In this document: one piece after another, positions 1 through 31,315 of the stretch
Position numbering within the stretch: the first letter of the stretch is position 1
Layout: each line of letters starts with the position of its first letter
Assembly (NCBI RefSeq): GCF_009914755.1
Contig: NC_060940.1
Source: the human T2T-CHM13v2.0 reference genome, Homo sapiens
Strand: one strand, 5' to 3'
DNA: 64,000 bases
Program-made: the position numbers and the translations under genes
Notes under the pieces: model-generated
The model's input: only the letters and a program-made list of their open reading frames with translations
What the model was told of the DNA's origin: nothing
Databases searched by the model: none

Positions 1-210
<210 letters not shown>

Positions 211-940
211 TGATCCACCTGCCTCGACCTCCCAAAGTGCTGGGATTACAGGCGTGAGCCACTGCGTATGGCCTCTTTTTTTTTCTTTTTTTTTTTGAGA
301 CAGAGTCTCGCTCTGTTGCCCAAGCTAGAGTGCAGTGGCATGATCTTGGCTCACTACGATCCTCCCGGGTTCAAGTGATTCTCCTGCCTCAGCCTCACGA
401 ATAGCTGAGACTACAGGTATGCACCACCACTCCCAGCTGATTTTTGCATTTTTGGTAGAGACGGGGTTTCACCATGTTCGTCAGACTAGTCTTGAACTCC
501 TGGCCTCAAGTGATCCACCCACTTCAGCCTCCCAAAGTGCTGGGATTACAGGTCAGAGCCACCACATCCAGCCTCTTAGAGAGTCTTAAAACTGTGATCA
601 AAAAAAAAACACGTTTTTAGAGGTTAAGGCAGAAGGATCGCTTGAGGCCAGGAGTTCAACGTGTCACTGAGCTGTGATCTTGCCACTGCACTCCAGCCTG
701 GGTGACAGAGCAAAACCCTGTTTCTTTTAAAAACAAACAAACAAATCCAGGTTTTCTCACACCTGTAATGCCAGCACTTTGGGAGGCTAAGGCAGGAAGA
801 TTGCTCAAAGCCAGGTGTTTGAGACCAGCTTGGGCAACATGGTGAGAGACCTCATCTCTACAAAAAATAAAAAATTAGGCCGGGCGCAGTGGCTCACGCC
901 TGTAATCCCAGCACTTTGGGAGGCCGAGGTGGGCGGATCA

Positions 941-1239
<299 letters not shown>

Positions 1240-1335
1240 TCACTTGAGCCCAGGAGTTTTAGGCTGCAGTGAGCTGATTGCGCCACTGCACTCCAGTCTG
1301 GGTAATCAAGCGATTCTCGTGCCTCAGCCCAGTAG

Positions 1336-1576
<241 letters not shown>

Positions 1577-1742
1577 TGAGACGGGGTTTCACCACGTTAG
1601 CCAGGATGGTCTCGATCTCCTGACCTTGAGATCTGCCCACCTCGGCCTCCCAGGTTGGTCTTTAACTCCTGGCTTCAAGTGATCTGCACTCCTTGGCCTC
1701 CCAAAGTGCTGGGATTACAGGCGTGAGCAACTGCACCCAGCC

Positions 1743-1816
1743 TTTTTCCAAATATTTTCTATCTGCAGTTGGTTGAATCCATGGCTGTGGAAACCACAGA
1801 TACAGAAGGCTGACTA
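1743..1816 (+). mobile_element. MER2-like (Tigger-derived) DNA transposon terminal fragment
   Basis: TTTTTCCAAATATTTTCTATCTGCAGTTGGTTGAATCCATGG...AGAAGGCTGACTA resembles the MER2 end as I recall it, with CpG decay. Confidence 0.65.
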
Positions 1817-6150
<4,334 letters not shown>

Positions 6151-6339
6151 GATACTGCATTTACAAAAGAAGAACATAATGCTATAAAAATATTCAAAGT
6201 TGGCTGGGCTCAGTGGCTCACACCTGTAATCCCAGCACTTTGGGAGGCCGAAGCAAGTGGATCACAAGGTCAGGAGATCGAGACCATCTTGACCAACAAG
6301 GTGAAGCCCCGTCTCTATTAAAATACAAAAACAAAATTA

Positions 6340-6627
<288 letters not shown>

Positions 6628-6639
6628 TCAGAAGGCTCA

Positions 6640-7230
6640 GCAAAATGGCTGAAAACACTCATACCAAGATATATCATGGTGATATATTAGAAAATGGGAA
6701 CAGGCCAGGCGTAGAGGCTCACGCCTGTAATCCCAGCACTTTGGGAGGCCGAGGCAGGCAGATCATGAGGTCAGGAGTTCGAGACCAGGCTGGCCAACAT
6801 GGTGAAATCCCGTCTCTACTATAAAAATACAAAAATTAGCCAGGCGTGGTGGCATGAACCTGTAGTCCCAGCCACTCCGGAGGCTGAGGTGGGAAGAGTT
6901 GCTTAAACCCGGGAAGTGGAGGTTACAGGGAGCCTAGATGCCACCACTGCACTCTAGCCTGGACAAGACAGACAGAGTCTGTTTCGAAAAAAAAGAAAAA
7001 AGAAAATGGGAACAAAGAGAATATTCTACCAGCTTCCGGAGACAAACAGATCTTATACATTGAGCAGAAATCAGTAACAAAATATTTATTAATAGCAACA
7101 TGGGAATCTAGAAAGTAATGAAGTAACACTTTAAAATTCTGATGGAAAATTATTTCCAACCTAGAATTCAAACAGACAATCAATTACGCCTGAGGGGCAT
7201 GGTTACTTTTAGGCATTCAAGGTCTCATAA
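6640..7230 (+). mobile_element. Degenerate L1/HAL1 ORF1-like remnant, split by an Alu
   Basis: ATACCAAGATATATCATGGTGA...AAAGAGAATATTCTA...TTTAAAATTCTGATGGAAAATTATTTCCAACCTAGAATTC resembles the C-terminal region of L1 ORF1. Confidence 0.55.
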
Positions 7231-7376
7231 GAATGTTCCTGACCAGGCGTGGTGGCTCACGCCTGTAATCCCAGCAGTTTGGGAGGCTGAGGAGGGCGGA
7301 TCACCTGAGGTCAGGAGTTCAATATCAGCCTGGCCAACATGGTGAAACCCCGTCTCTACTAAAAATACAAAAATTA

Positions 7377-7661
<285 letters not shown>

Positions 7662-7687
7662 CTAAAAGTTTAGAGTCAAATTAGCAG

Positions 7688-8880
7688 TGTCGACGAAAAG
7701 AGTCAAACTCTTGTCAAGTATTTGAAGAGAATTATTCTGTGCCACATATGAGTAACCACAGCCCATGATGCAGCCCTCAAGAGGTCCTGAGAGCACGCGC
7801 CCAAGGTGGTTGGGGTGCAGCTTGGTTTTATATATTTTAGGGAGGCATGAGACATCAATCAAATACATTTGAGAAATATACTGGTTTGGTCCATTAAGAC
7901 AGGACAACTCGGGGTGGGAGTGCTTCCAGGCTACAGGTAAATTTAAAAATTTTCTTGTTGGCAACAGGTTGACTTTGTCTAAACAGAAAGGAATGTCTGG
8001 GTTAAGATAGAGGTTGTGGAGACCAGAGGTTTTTTTTGTTTGTTTGTTTTTTTGAGATGGAGTCTCACTCTGTTGCCCAGGCTGGAGTGCAGTGGCGCAA
8101 CCTCAGCTCACTGCAACCCCACGCCCCTGGTTCAAGCAATTCCCCTGCCCCAGCCTCCGGAGTAGCTGGGATTACAGGCACACGCCACCACACCCAGCTA
8201 TTTTTTTATATCTTTAGTACAGACAGGGTTTCACTATGTTGGCCAGACTGGTCTCCAACTCCTGACCTCAGGCAATCCGCCCACCACAGCCTCCCAAAGT
8301 GCTGGGATTAAAGGTGTGAGCCACCGCACCTGGCCACTTTTTTTTTTTAAATGGAGTCTTGCTCTGTTACCCAGGCTGGAGTGCATAAGCATGATCTTCA
8401 CTCACTGCAACCCCCACCTCTTGGGTTCAAGAGATCTCGTGCCTCAGCCTCCCCAGTAGATAGGATCACAGGCGCCTGTCACCACACTTGGCTAATTTTC
8501 ATATTTTCAGTAGAGATGGGGTTACACCACGTTGGCCAGGCTGGTCTTGAACTCCTGACCTCAAATGATCCACCAGCCTCTGCCTCCCTAAGTGATAGGA
8601 TTATAGGCTCGAGCCACTGCTCGGCTGAGAACACAGTTTTATCATACAGATGAAGCTTTTAGCAGACAGGCTTCAGAGAGAATAGGTTGCAAAATGTTTA
8701 TTATCAGACTTAAAGTCTGCATCGATGTTAATGTCAGAGACATACAATGAGGCAGGTTCAGCCCCCACTTCCCATCATGGCCCAAAACAGTCTCTCAGGT
8801 TAAATGTTAAAGAGCCCTGGCTAAGGAGGAAGTCCATTCAGATGGTTGGGGGCGCCTTAGAATTTTATTTTTGGTTTACA
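7688..8880 (-). mobile_element. MER4-group ERV1 solo LTR with two Alus inserted (about 8030-8628)
   Basis: TG...CA termini (TGTCGACGAAAAGAGTCAAACTC ... TTTTGGTTTACA) flanked by the 4-bp direct repeat GCAG (7684-7687 and 8881-8884). The reverse complement starts TGTAAACCAAAAATAAAATTCTAAG, as in MER4 LTRs. Confidence 0.85.
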
Positions 8881-9328
8881 GCAGTTAAGTACATAGACAG
8901 CTAAGTAGCAACAAAAAATGGCAATTATTAGCACCAGAGAAAACAAGAAGTGCAGGAAAAGTAATCTGTATAACATACGGTTCAGCTGTCAACATGATGT
9001 TTATTCACACTGTCATTAGAAAAAAAAAACACTGGGCCTGGCACGGTGGCTCACGCCTGTAATCCCAGCACTCAGGGAGGCCGAGGCGGGCAGACCATTT
9101 GAGGTCAGGAGTTTGAAACAAGCCTGGCCAACATGGTGTAACTTCGTCTCTACTAAAAATACAAAAAAATCATTCGGGTGTGCTGGCGGGGACCTGTAGT
9201 CCCAGCTACTCAGGAGGCTGAGGCAAGAGAATGGCGTGAACCCGGGAGGCAGAGCTTGCAGTGAGACGAGATCCCGCTACTGCACTCCAGCCTGGGAGAC
9301 AGAGCGAAACTCTTGTCTCAAAAAAAAA

Positions 9329-9360
<32 letters not shown>

Positions 9361-9766
9361 TCGATCGGGTGTGCTGGCGGGCGCCTGTAATCCCACCTAC
9401 TTAGGAGGCTGAGGCAGAACTGCTTGAACCGGGAAGGCAGAGGCCGCATTAAGCAGAGACTGTGCCACTGCACTCCAGCCTGAGCCACAGAGCGAGACAC
9501 TGTCTCGAAAGAAAAGAAAACACTGAATACTGATCTAACTAAAATTGGACACAGGTTCAACGGCAGACTACGGAGTTGGGGAGGCCCCGAAGGTGGAAGT
9601 GTTTGTGTGTGTGTTTGGGATGAGGGGAAGGAGGTCAGGGGCTACTAAAAATGATACCTACTATACATGGGTTAAATCAATAGACAACAGAAATATAATA
9701 CCAAATTCAAAAGGTGGAAAGAAGTTTCTCCTGAGGAATATTAAATAAAATAGGGATGAGGGGTGA

Positions 9767-10060
<294 letters not shown>

Positions 10061-10278
10061 TGAGCCACCGCGCCAGGAATGGAATGGCTAGTTTTCAACG
10101 TGCCTTTTAGAAATACTTCACTAGCCGGGGCGCGGTGGCTCATGCCTGTAATCCCAGCACTTTGGGTGGCTGAGGTGGGAGGATCACTTGAGCCCACGAG
10201 TTCGAGACCAGCCTGGGCAACATAGCAAGATGCCATTTCTAAAAAAAAAAAAAAAAAAAAAAAAAATTTAAAAAATTA

Positions 10279-10518
<240 letters not shown>

Positions 10519-11102
10519 TCAACTGAAGATGTGAATGGGTGAAGATACTTTCAACGAGACGGTTTGTCTGGGGAAGACCAAGAAGGGGGAACAGAAAGAT
10601 TTCTTCAGTAAGATTCATTCTCACCCCGTTCGGGTTGAGATCCCTAAGGAAAGAAAGTTCTGAGAGGAGATGATGGGTGGACGTCACAATGAGGCAAAAA
10701 GCATCAAAGGGGGAACTTTCTATCAGAACTTTCTAACAACCAGGCGGAGAGCGGACAGCTCTATCTTGGACGGGGTGGTGGCCAGCAGCTCTCTCGGGCC
10801 AGGGCTGAAAAAAACCTCCAACGCTCGGACTGCCGCCCCGACTTCTGAAGCAGCGGTGTCGTTCGGGGCTGACCGACGAGCGTCCCTAGCGACAAGGGGC
10901 CGTGTCCATGTGCCGGTTCCCGCGCTGCAAGAGGGGGCGGCGGCCGGAGCTGCCCAACGGGAGGGGAGCACAGAACCGCCACGCGCACACGCCTCCGGCC
11001 GGAGCGGCCGAGGATGAGGGGCCTGAGGGAGCGGACGCTCGAGAACAGGAGCCCCCCCTGGACCACCTGGGCCACAGGGCAGACGCCCGCGGGGGCAGAG
11101 CG

Positions 11103-11118
11103 CGCCTCACGTGAGGCG
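11103..11118. promoter_or_regulatory. 16-bp palindrome with extended E-box (TCACGTGA)
   Basis: CGCCTCACGTGAGGCG is its own reverse complement and is followed almost directly by a GC box. Confidence 0.55.
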
Positions 11119-11162
11119 TGGGGCGGGGCAATTCGCTTCTCGCCTCAGGCGGAATCGCTCAC

Positions 11163-11226
11163 CCGACGGCACGTAGTCCTCGTCCTCCTCCGACGTAGAG
11201 AAGTCTTCGGAGTCGAATTCCTCCAT
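11163..11226 (-). CDS. CFDP1: CFDP1 (craniofacial development protein 1 / BCNT) coding exon 1; the rest of the gene lies left of the window
   Basis: ATG at 11226 in context AACATGG. Translates MEEFDSEDFSTSEEDEDYVPS+G (64 nt), followed by donor GTGAGC at 11162. Matches the CFDP1 N-terminus. Confidence 0.95.
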
Positions 11227-11465
11227 GTTGCTGCCGCTCGACGCTGGTCAAACTCACAAGACCGCAGCAGCCGCCTCCAACGGCAAAGCTCTAGGGAGAG
11301 ACCATAGAGCCCCGGCGGCGGCGACGGCAGCTAGGGCGGCCCCCGACAGCGCTTTGCACATGCGCAGAGAGTACTACGTGGTTGCCCTACGACACTTCCG
11401 GCCGATGCCTCCGGGCTGGCGTCCCTGAAGCCCTCGCTGGGAGCCCGAACCCGCCCGGACGCGGT

Positions 11466-11485
11466 GCATGCTGGAACTTGTAGTC
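11466..11485 (-). promoter_or_regulatory. ZNF143/THAP11-type ACTACA-SBS motif
   Basis: The minus strand reads GACTACAAGTTCCAGCATGC, one mismatch from ACTACAANTCCCAGCATGC. Confidence 0.65.
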
Positions 11486-11841
11486 TTCGGCGCTGCCTCG
11501 CCGCCTTAATATAATAAACCTGCTTAAATAAAATTACATATCTATGGAAATACAGGTGACCTTCATTAATCATTAATTCGTAATGCCAAATTCACTTACT
11601 TGCTAAAATGTATTTGTAACCCTAAAATCAATCATCACGGTACTGTCTGGGGTTCTTCCCGGGCATGCGCAGAGGGTGAAAATTTGGAGTTGGCGGAGGT
11701 AAGGTTCCCAGCTGAAGTTTGAACTGGGGAGAAGCGCCGCCTTCTAGTCGCAGCTCCTGTGCTGTAAACAAAGAGTCCTTTCCGCAGTCTGTTTACTGAC
11801 ACTTTTTTTTCTGCTTTTTGTGGGTGGTTTTGCTTTCTAAA

Positions 11842-13976
<2,135 letters not shown>

Positions 13977-14266
13977 ATTTCACTCACCCCTCCCCTGGTT
14001 TCTGTGGGGCAAGCCAAGGTCGAGAGGTTTAACCACATTGTGCAGCTCCATCAACCGTAAGATTTTAGTTGATATTTTTATAAAACTTAGGATGCTCCAT
14101 CTTTGAACTTTTTCCCTTTATTTGTATTGCTGTACTGTAGGGTATACAGTATGTGTGCAAAGTAGTGTATGTGTTTACTGTGGGAACTGTACAGTATGTT
14201 ATACTGTTGACTGTATATGGGAACTATATGTGTGTACTCTGTGTGTGCCAATGAAAAGGTTGTACA

Positions 14267-14553
<287 letters not shown>

Positions 14554-14948
14554 AGGTAGTGCAATCTCAGTACACTAGAGTACATTACACCAAACTACTG
14601 TCATTGAAATTTTATTGTAAATACTGCAGATTATTTTTAAGAAATACATATTAAATAAGGTGTCTTTGAACAGAAACACACATAAAACAAAGTTACATAC
14701 CGATCAGTTGACAAAAGTGTTGACCAGAGGTTCACAGGAACCTAACCCTGTATTTCTCCCAGGACCCATGGTTCGGTTTTTGCTAATTCAATGTTCTCGA
14801 CAACTTTATAGCCATAACTACTGTGAATACAAAGAATTGACTATTCAGGAATGCAGCCATCATCCACAGGAACCCTTCAAGTTAAACCATATGGAAGTAC
14901 AACCATATATAATCTTTACCATTTCTTCAGATTAAAACATTTTAATGA

Positions 14949-20120
<5,172 letters not shown>

Positions 20121-20511
20121 AAGTGTTTTACGCAAGTTTAAATTAGTTGCTAACACTTAAAAATGGAGAGATTTCAAACAGTAACCTAGATTTCCAGCTT
20201 CTCTTGAAAATAAGTATCTGGCAAGATTGGGTTAATCATCGAATAAAGCAGAAACAGGCTGGAGCCAAGCAATAGCTGACTCCTTCGGACAGGGCTCTCC
20301 ACTTGGCCACAGCACAAATCCCTCCAACTCCCTAAAGATTCCTGGCTCACTGTTCTGTTTTCTCGGTAATAATTTAGGGTGTCCTCCCTGCCGATCTCAG
20401 CACCTTTACTCCCAGATACATATACAGTCTTGGAGTCTTCTGTCTGAACTGTGTACGTATCTTTCCGGGGTGCTAGAAACATTCTGTCTCTTGATCTATT
20501 AGTCACATTAA

Positions 20512-20512
<1 letters not shown>

Positions 20513-20545
<33 letters not shown>
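20513..20545. repeat. (TA)n microsatellite
   Basis: About 16 perfect TA units. Confidence 0.95.
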
Positions 20546-20548
<3 letters not shown>

Positions 20549-20940
20549 AAATTCATTAAGCTATACATTTTAAGATTTGTACACTTTACTGCATGTTAAA
20601 CCTCAACTTTAGAAAATTAGAAGGAATGAATGGGCAATCTCCTGCCAGACATTCTCTGTATGTGTCTGCAATGGCTGGAACTGCAGCAATCTTGTGACCA
20701 TGAGGTAAACTACCCAACTTAGTCCCATTTGTTAAAAATGGCAGAACAGTGAGATTTATGATGTCACCAAGGGTATTAAATTAACCAAACACGACGAAGC
20801 TTCTCTTCATGTGGACTTACTATTAAAATAATACATTTTCACACACTGTATCAATACTCACCTATTCCTGCACAGAATCAAACAAAAGTTTCTTGATGGG
20901 AATATATGGCCCAGCAAGTAGAGTTAATAAGAATTTCAAG

Positions 20941-25443
<4,503 letters not shown>

Positions 25444-25574
25444 CTATAGAGTAGCTAAAATCCGTAAAAAGGAGACCACCAAGACGCAAAATGTCTGTCC
25501 AGTGCCCAGTGTGAGGGCTTCAAATGGTATCATTTCCTTCCCTGCTGCTCGGTAAACTCCAGCAATAGCTGCAC
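25444..25574 (-). CDS. TMEM170A: TMEM170A coding exon 3
   Basis: Acceptor ...AAATCAG|GT at 25575/25574. Encodes (S)AAIAGVYRAAGKEMIPFEALTLGTGQTFCVLVVSFLRILATL*; 131 nt. Confidence 0.96.
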
Positions 25575-26344
25575 CTGATTTAAAATGCAAGAATGTTAAA
25601 CAAAAACAAAAAACGAAGGTTAACAAACTCACGAAAATACAACATTTAAAATACTACTGCGAGTAGAATGTTCCAGATTTTATACTGAAATTTAAATCTT
25701 ACAGAAATGTTAGGTTTTCCCTATTCTTTCTGTGGACTACTCTACACTTTGAGTATTCGTTGCATGGCTTGCAAGATCACTTTTAGATGCTGACTCCTTA
25801 AAACCCAGAGTCTCCTAGATTTATTGAATAAAATAATCTGGAAGAAATAATCAAAATCACAAAGATAGCAATTCCCACATGACCAGATTATGAACTCAAA
25901 AATATCTGTATTCCCCTACCAGTTACCCCATGCCTAGCCTTCAACAGGGACCTAATACATTTTTGGTAACAAATGAAAAAGGATCTTTTGAGTTAGACTA
26001 AGCAAGAAATGTTTCAGGCCACAGGGAATCCCCACTCCACCTTCTATCACACTCATAGTTCCCTTCAAGAAATGGACGGAGGAGGGACTAGAGGGGTGAA
26101 AAGGGAAGACAGGAGGACTCTAAGCCATAAAGTTGTTATTCATTCACAGGGCATGAGAGGAGAGATACTCAGGGATTCCTTTGTCTCCCAAGTCATTGAT
26201 TGTTTTTATTACGCTAGTCACTATAATTTCCTGCAAATTGGAAAAACAAAACGAAAACCCCTGTATCTATGCAGATACCCATTTGAGTTACTATACGAGT
26301 TCAGCATTATACCAAGGAAGTGTACCAAGAAAGTTAACATTTCA

Positions 26345-26500
<156 letters not shown>

Positions 26501-26619
26501 TCAGCCAAGTGTGGTGGCACGTGCCTGTAATCCCTACTACTCGGGAGGCTGAGGCAGGAGAGTTGCTTGAACCCAGGAGGTGGAGGTTGTTGTGAGCTCA
26601 CATCGCGACACTGCACTCA

Positions 26620-26829
<210 letters not shown>

Positions 26830-27180
26830 CTAGTTGCTTGGGTGGCTAAGGTAGGGGGATCACTTGAGCTAGGGAGGTCAAGGCTGCAGTGAGCTGTGAC
26901 TATGCCACTGCACTCCAGCCTGGGTGACAGAACAAGACCCTGTTCTCAAATAAAAATAAATAAATAAATAATAAAAATTTTAAAAAGAAAAGAATAGATC
27001 CAGATTTCCCAGATGACCCTCCCCACAAAATGCTCCAACAAAATTCTCCTTGGTCATAGTGTGTTCATTCACTCCAATTTTCATCTGCAGAACACTTCTG
27101 TGTTTTATAAGGTATGATCACTATTCTCAAGGTACTTGGAATCTAGCTGGGGACACAAGACAGAAACAGATTTGCAATAA

Positions 27181-27519
<339 letters not shown>

Positions 27520-29554
27520 TGATGTGAAGGTATATTAACATATTTTAACAAGAAGAAAGAACAATATTAACCAAAGGTTGGCTGCCTTGAACATTTAGTG
27601 ATTTAAAATGCCCAGCTCCACTGGCAATGCGTACATTTTGTTACTAACATCTGAAAGACATGTTTCATTGGGCCCCTCCAAAATTTAGGTACACAAGAAA
27701 GACTGGGTTGGATAGAAAGAAGCTTAAGGAACTTGAACTGGGCCCTAAAGTGGGATTGGGATAATGAAGCGAAGAAAGGAAAAAGTATATCCAAGGGAGG
27801 AGCAAATGGAAAGGGAACAGACTATTCATAGAGCCTTAAAGACAGAAATGAATACAACATTTATTCGACAATTACTATGTGTCAGGTATTACATCATATA
27901 CACATTAGCTCAATCATGCAAGGGTATGAGGTTGGGTAGTATTACCCCTATTTTACTGAGGAACAAACTAAGACAGGCCCTAGCAGCCAGTCATCCTGGG
28001 GCAGAGGGTCTCCAAAGCAGCAGTAGGTGATACAGTTAGAACACAGAGAAACTAGGCCACTTTCTCTCAAAAAAAAAAAAAAAAAACACCTCAAGTCAAA
28101 GACATAGAGGGCGATTTCTGCTTGATGCTAAGGTTTCAATTCACAGTGAAAAAAAGTTACAAATCAGTAGGAATATTACATTTCTATATTATAAAAATGT
28201 ATTTATGTTTACATCTATACCTAAAAAAAGAAATACACACCAAGATGTAAACTGTGGCTATTATTTAGGGATGAGAAAATGGAGGATTTTACATTTTAAT
28301 TACTTAGAATTTTCAGTTTATATAAAATACACATTTATATTTATGCATGAGCTTTGAAATGATTTAAACTTATTGTTCTCATTTCTGTAACTGTTTCTTA
28401 TCCCATAAGCAAAAGCCATAACAAACCAAACGCCCCAAAAACAAGCCTGAAAATAATTCATAACATCATGTTACTCCAATTCTTATTCAGAAAGTCCTAA
28501 GGGGAAAAAAATAACTAGAGCACTAATCGGGTACTTTTCTAAGCAAGAATTCTTTTTTTTCCCCCGGGTCTTGCTCTGTGGCCCAGGCTGGAGTGCTGTG
28601 GTGTGATCACGACTCACTGCAGCCCAGCCTGGACCTCCTGGCTCCAGCAATCCTCCCATTTCAGCCTCCCACGTAGTTGGAACCACAGGTACACACCACC
28701 ACACTCAGCTAAATTTTTTATTTTTATTTGTAGAGATGGGGTCTTGCTATGTTGCTGAGGCTAGTCTCAATTTCCTAGGCTTCAGCAAGCCTCCCACCTC
28801 TGCCTCCCAAAGTGCTGGGATTACAGTCATGAGCCACTACACCTGGCAAAGAATTCTTGTCATCAAAATTTGTCTTCTATCTTTACAGCAACCACACCCA
28901 CATGAGTGGAAGTAATTCACCAACCATCTTGCAGGGCCAATGCTCAAGTGATAGCTGATCAGAGAGGAGAAGTAGCTTCCAAAAAGATAAATTTTCCTCT
29001 TGCTGGTGGCCTCTCTCACGAGATATATCTCACAAAGTTTAACATGACTTCCCTGAAGCCACTGAGATGAAATCTGACTCAAGAAGTCAAAGAGGTTAGC
29101 CAAGTAATAGGACCTTGGGGGTGGAAAAAAAAATCAATACATTAAAAAAACTGGGCCAGGCACAGTGGCTCACGCCTGTAATCCCAGCATTTTGGGAGGC
29201 CAAGGTGGGCAGATTGCTTGAGCTCAGGAGTTCGAGACCCGGGCAACATGACGAAACCCTGTCTCTACAAAAAATACAAAAAAAATTAGCCGGGCATGGT
29301 GGCACACCCCTGTAGTCCAAGCTTCTTGGGAGGCTGATGGAGGAGGATTACTTGAGCCCAAGAGGTGGAGGCTGCAGTGAGCCAATATTGCAACCACTGC
29401 ACTCCGGCCTTGGTGACATAGGGAGACCCTGTCTGGACTTGCAGTTAAAAGGCACTCTTTCCTTCATCCTACTCAGATATGTTTTCTAGAATAGGTCCTG
29501 AAATTGACTAGTCATATTAAACATTTTTGACTGGTATTTTAATGTCTAACATAC

Positions 29555-29725
29555 TTGTCAAGATTCCAGCAGTAATTGGTCCCACGATGCCCATCAACAG
29601 GATGCTTACAGATATGAACCTACCATATTTGTGATGTCTGAGGGTGAAGAGGGCCAGTAATCCAGCAGGGACATGAAAGAAGAGAGAAGACACCAGTGCC
29701 CACAGGAATACACCATACCACATCT
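29555..29725 (-). CDS. TMEM170A: TMEM170A coding exon 2
   Basis: Acceptor TCTTCCCTCATAG|AG and donor A|GTATGT. Encodes (E)MWYGVFLWALVSSLFFHVPAGLLALFTLRHHKYGRFISVSILLMGIVGPITAGILT; 171 nt. The exons total 133+171+131=435 nt, or 144 aa plus stop. Confidence 0.96.
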
Positions 29726-29846
29726 CTATGAGGGAAGACAAAGAAAAGTTGTGAATCACTGCCCTTCCCAGGACAATCATTGCAGAGGGTACTCATCATA
29801 CCCGTCATTTCATTTTCAACACCGTTTCTTTTTTCCTTTTTTTTGA

Positions 29847-30062
<216 letters not shown>

Positions 30063-30687
30063 TAACCAGGATGGTCTCGATCTCCTGACCTCATGATCCG
30101 CCCGCCTCGGCCTCCCAAGTGCTGGGATTACAGGCGTGAGCCACCGCGCCCAGTCAAAAATTTTTATTTTTAAAGACGGGGTCTCACTCTGTCACCCAGG
30201 CTGCAGTGCAATGGCACCATCATGGCTCACTGCAGCCTTGACCTCCTAGGTCTGGGTGTTCTCCCGCCTCAGCCTCCGGAGTGGCTGGAACTACAGATGT
30301 GTGCTACCACGCCTGGCAAAATTCTTTTTTTTTTTATTTTCTTTTTTTATGAGACAGGGTCTCACTACTCTGTTGCCCAGGATGGAGTGCAGTGGGAGTT
30401 TCGCCAGGCTGGTCTCAAACTCCCAACCTCAGGTGATCTGCCCGCCTTGGCCTCCCAAAGTGCTAGGATAACAGGCATGAGCCACTGCGCTTGGCCTGTA
30501 TTTTCTTTAGAGATGGGGTCTCACCGTGTTGCCCAGGCTGGTCTTGAATGCCTCGGCTCAAACAATCCGCCCAACTTGGCCTCCTAAAGGGCAGGGATTA
30601 CAGGTGTGAGGCCACCGCACCCGGCCTTCAACATCATTTACTTGCAAAGTAGGGTTCATCAGTCAAATATCCAAATATTGACGGTTT

Positions 30688-30970
30688 TAGTGTGTTCAAC
30701 AAATTACTGCCTACAGACCCACCACCTGTTTTTTACACACTTATCTGAACCCATTCATAATACTTTTATACATACACACTTATCTGAAACCATTTACAAG
30801 AGTTTTGCACACACATACTTATTCAACCCATGCCCTTTCATTTAAGTATTGTTTATGGCTGCCTTCCAGCTTCAAGGGCAAAGCTGATAACAGTGACACA
30901 GACCACATGACCCATAAAGCCTAACATATTTACTATCTGGCCCTTCACAGAAAAAGCTGACCAATCTCTG
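30688..30970 (+). mobile_element. MER58-like hAT-Charlie element containing a short internal tandem repeat
   Basis: TTTATGGCTGCCTTCC...GACCACATGACCCATAAAGCCTAACATATTTACTATCTGGCCCTTCACAGAAAAAG resembles MER58A. Confidence 0.7.
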
Positions 30971-31078
30971 TACCCTCAAACTGAAAAAAAAGGTTCATCT
31001 AGATTTCAAAATTGACCTAAATAATGTCCCCGACCATAACTGGGCACGGCAGCTCACGACTGTAATCCCAACACTTCA

Positions 31079-31315
<237 letters not shown>

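Larger units (their letters stand above)
10740..11510. promoter_or_regulatory. CFDP1: CpG island / promoter of CFDP1
   Basis: High GC and CpG density spanning the first coding exon. GC box GGGGCGGGGC at 11120-11129; NRF1-like TGCACATGCGCA at about 11355. Confidence 0.9.

Noticed and set aside
10670-11573. Several overlapping ORFs across the CFDP1 CpG island
   Set aside because: Stop-poor GC-rich DNA. The only supported coding piece is the 64-nt CFDP1 exon.
29517-29780. 87-aa ORF extending TMEM170A exon 2 on both sides
   Set aside because: The extensions cross good splice sites into intron. Only 29555-29725 fits the spliced protein, although intron-2 retention is not excluded.
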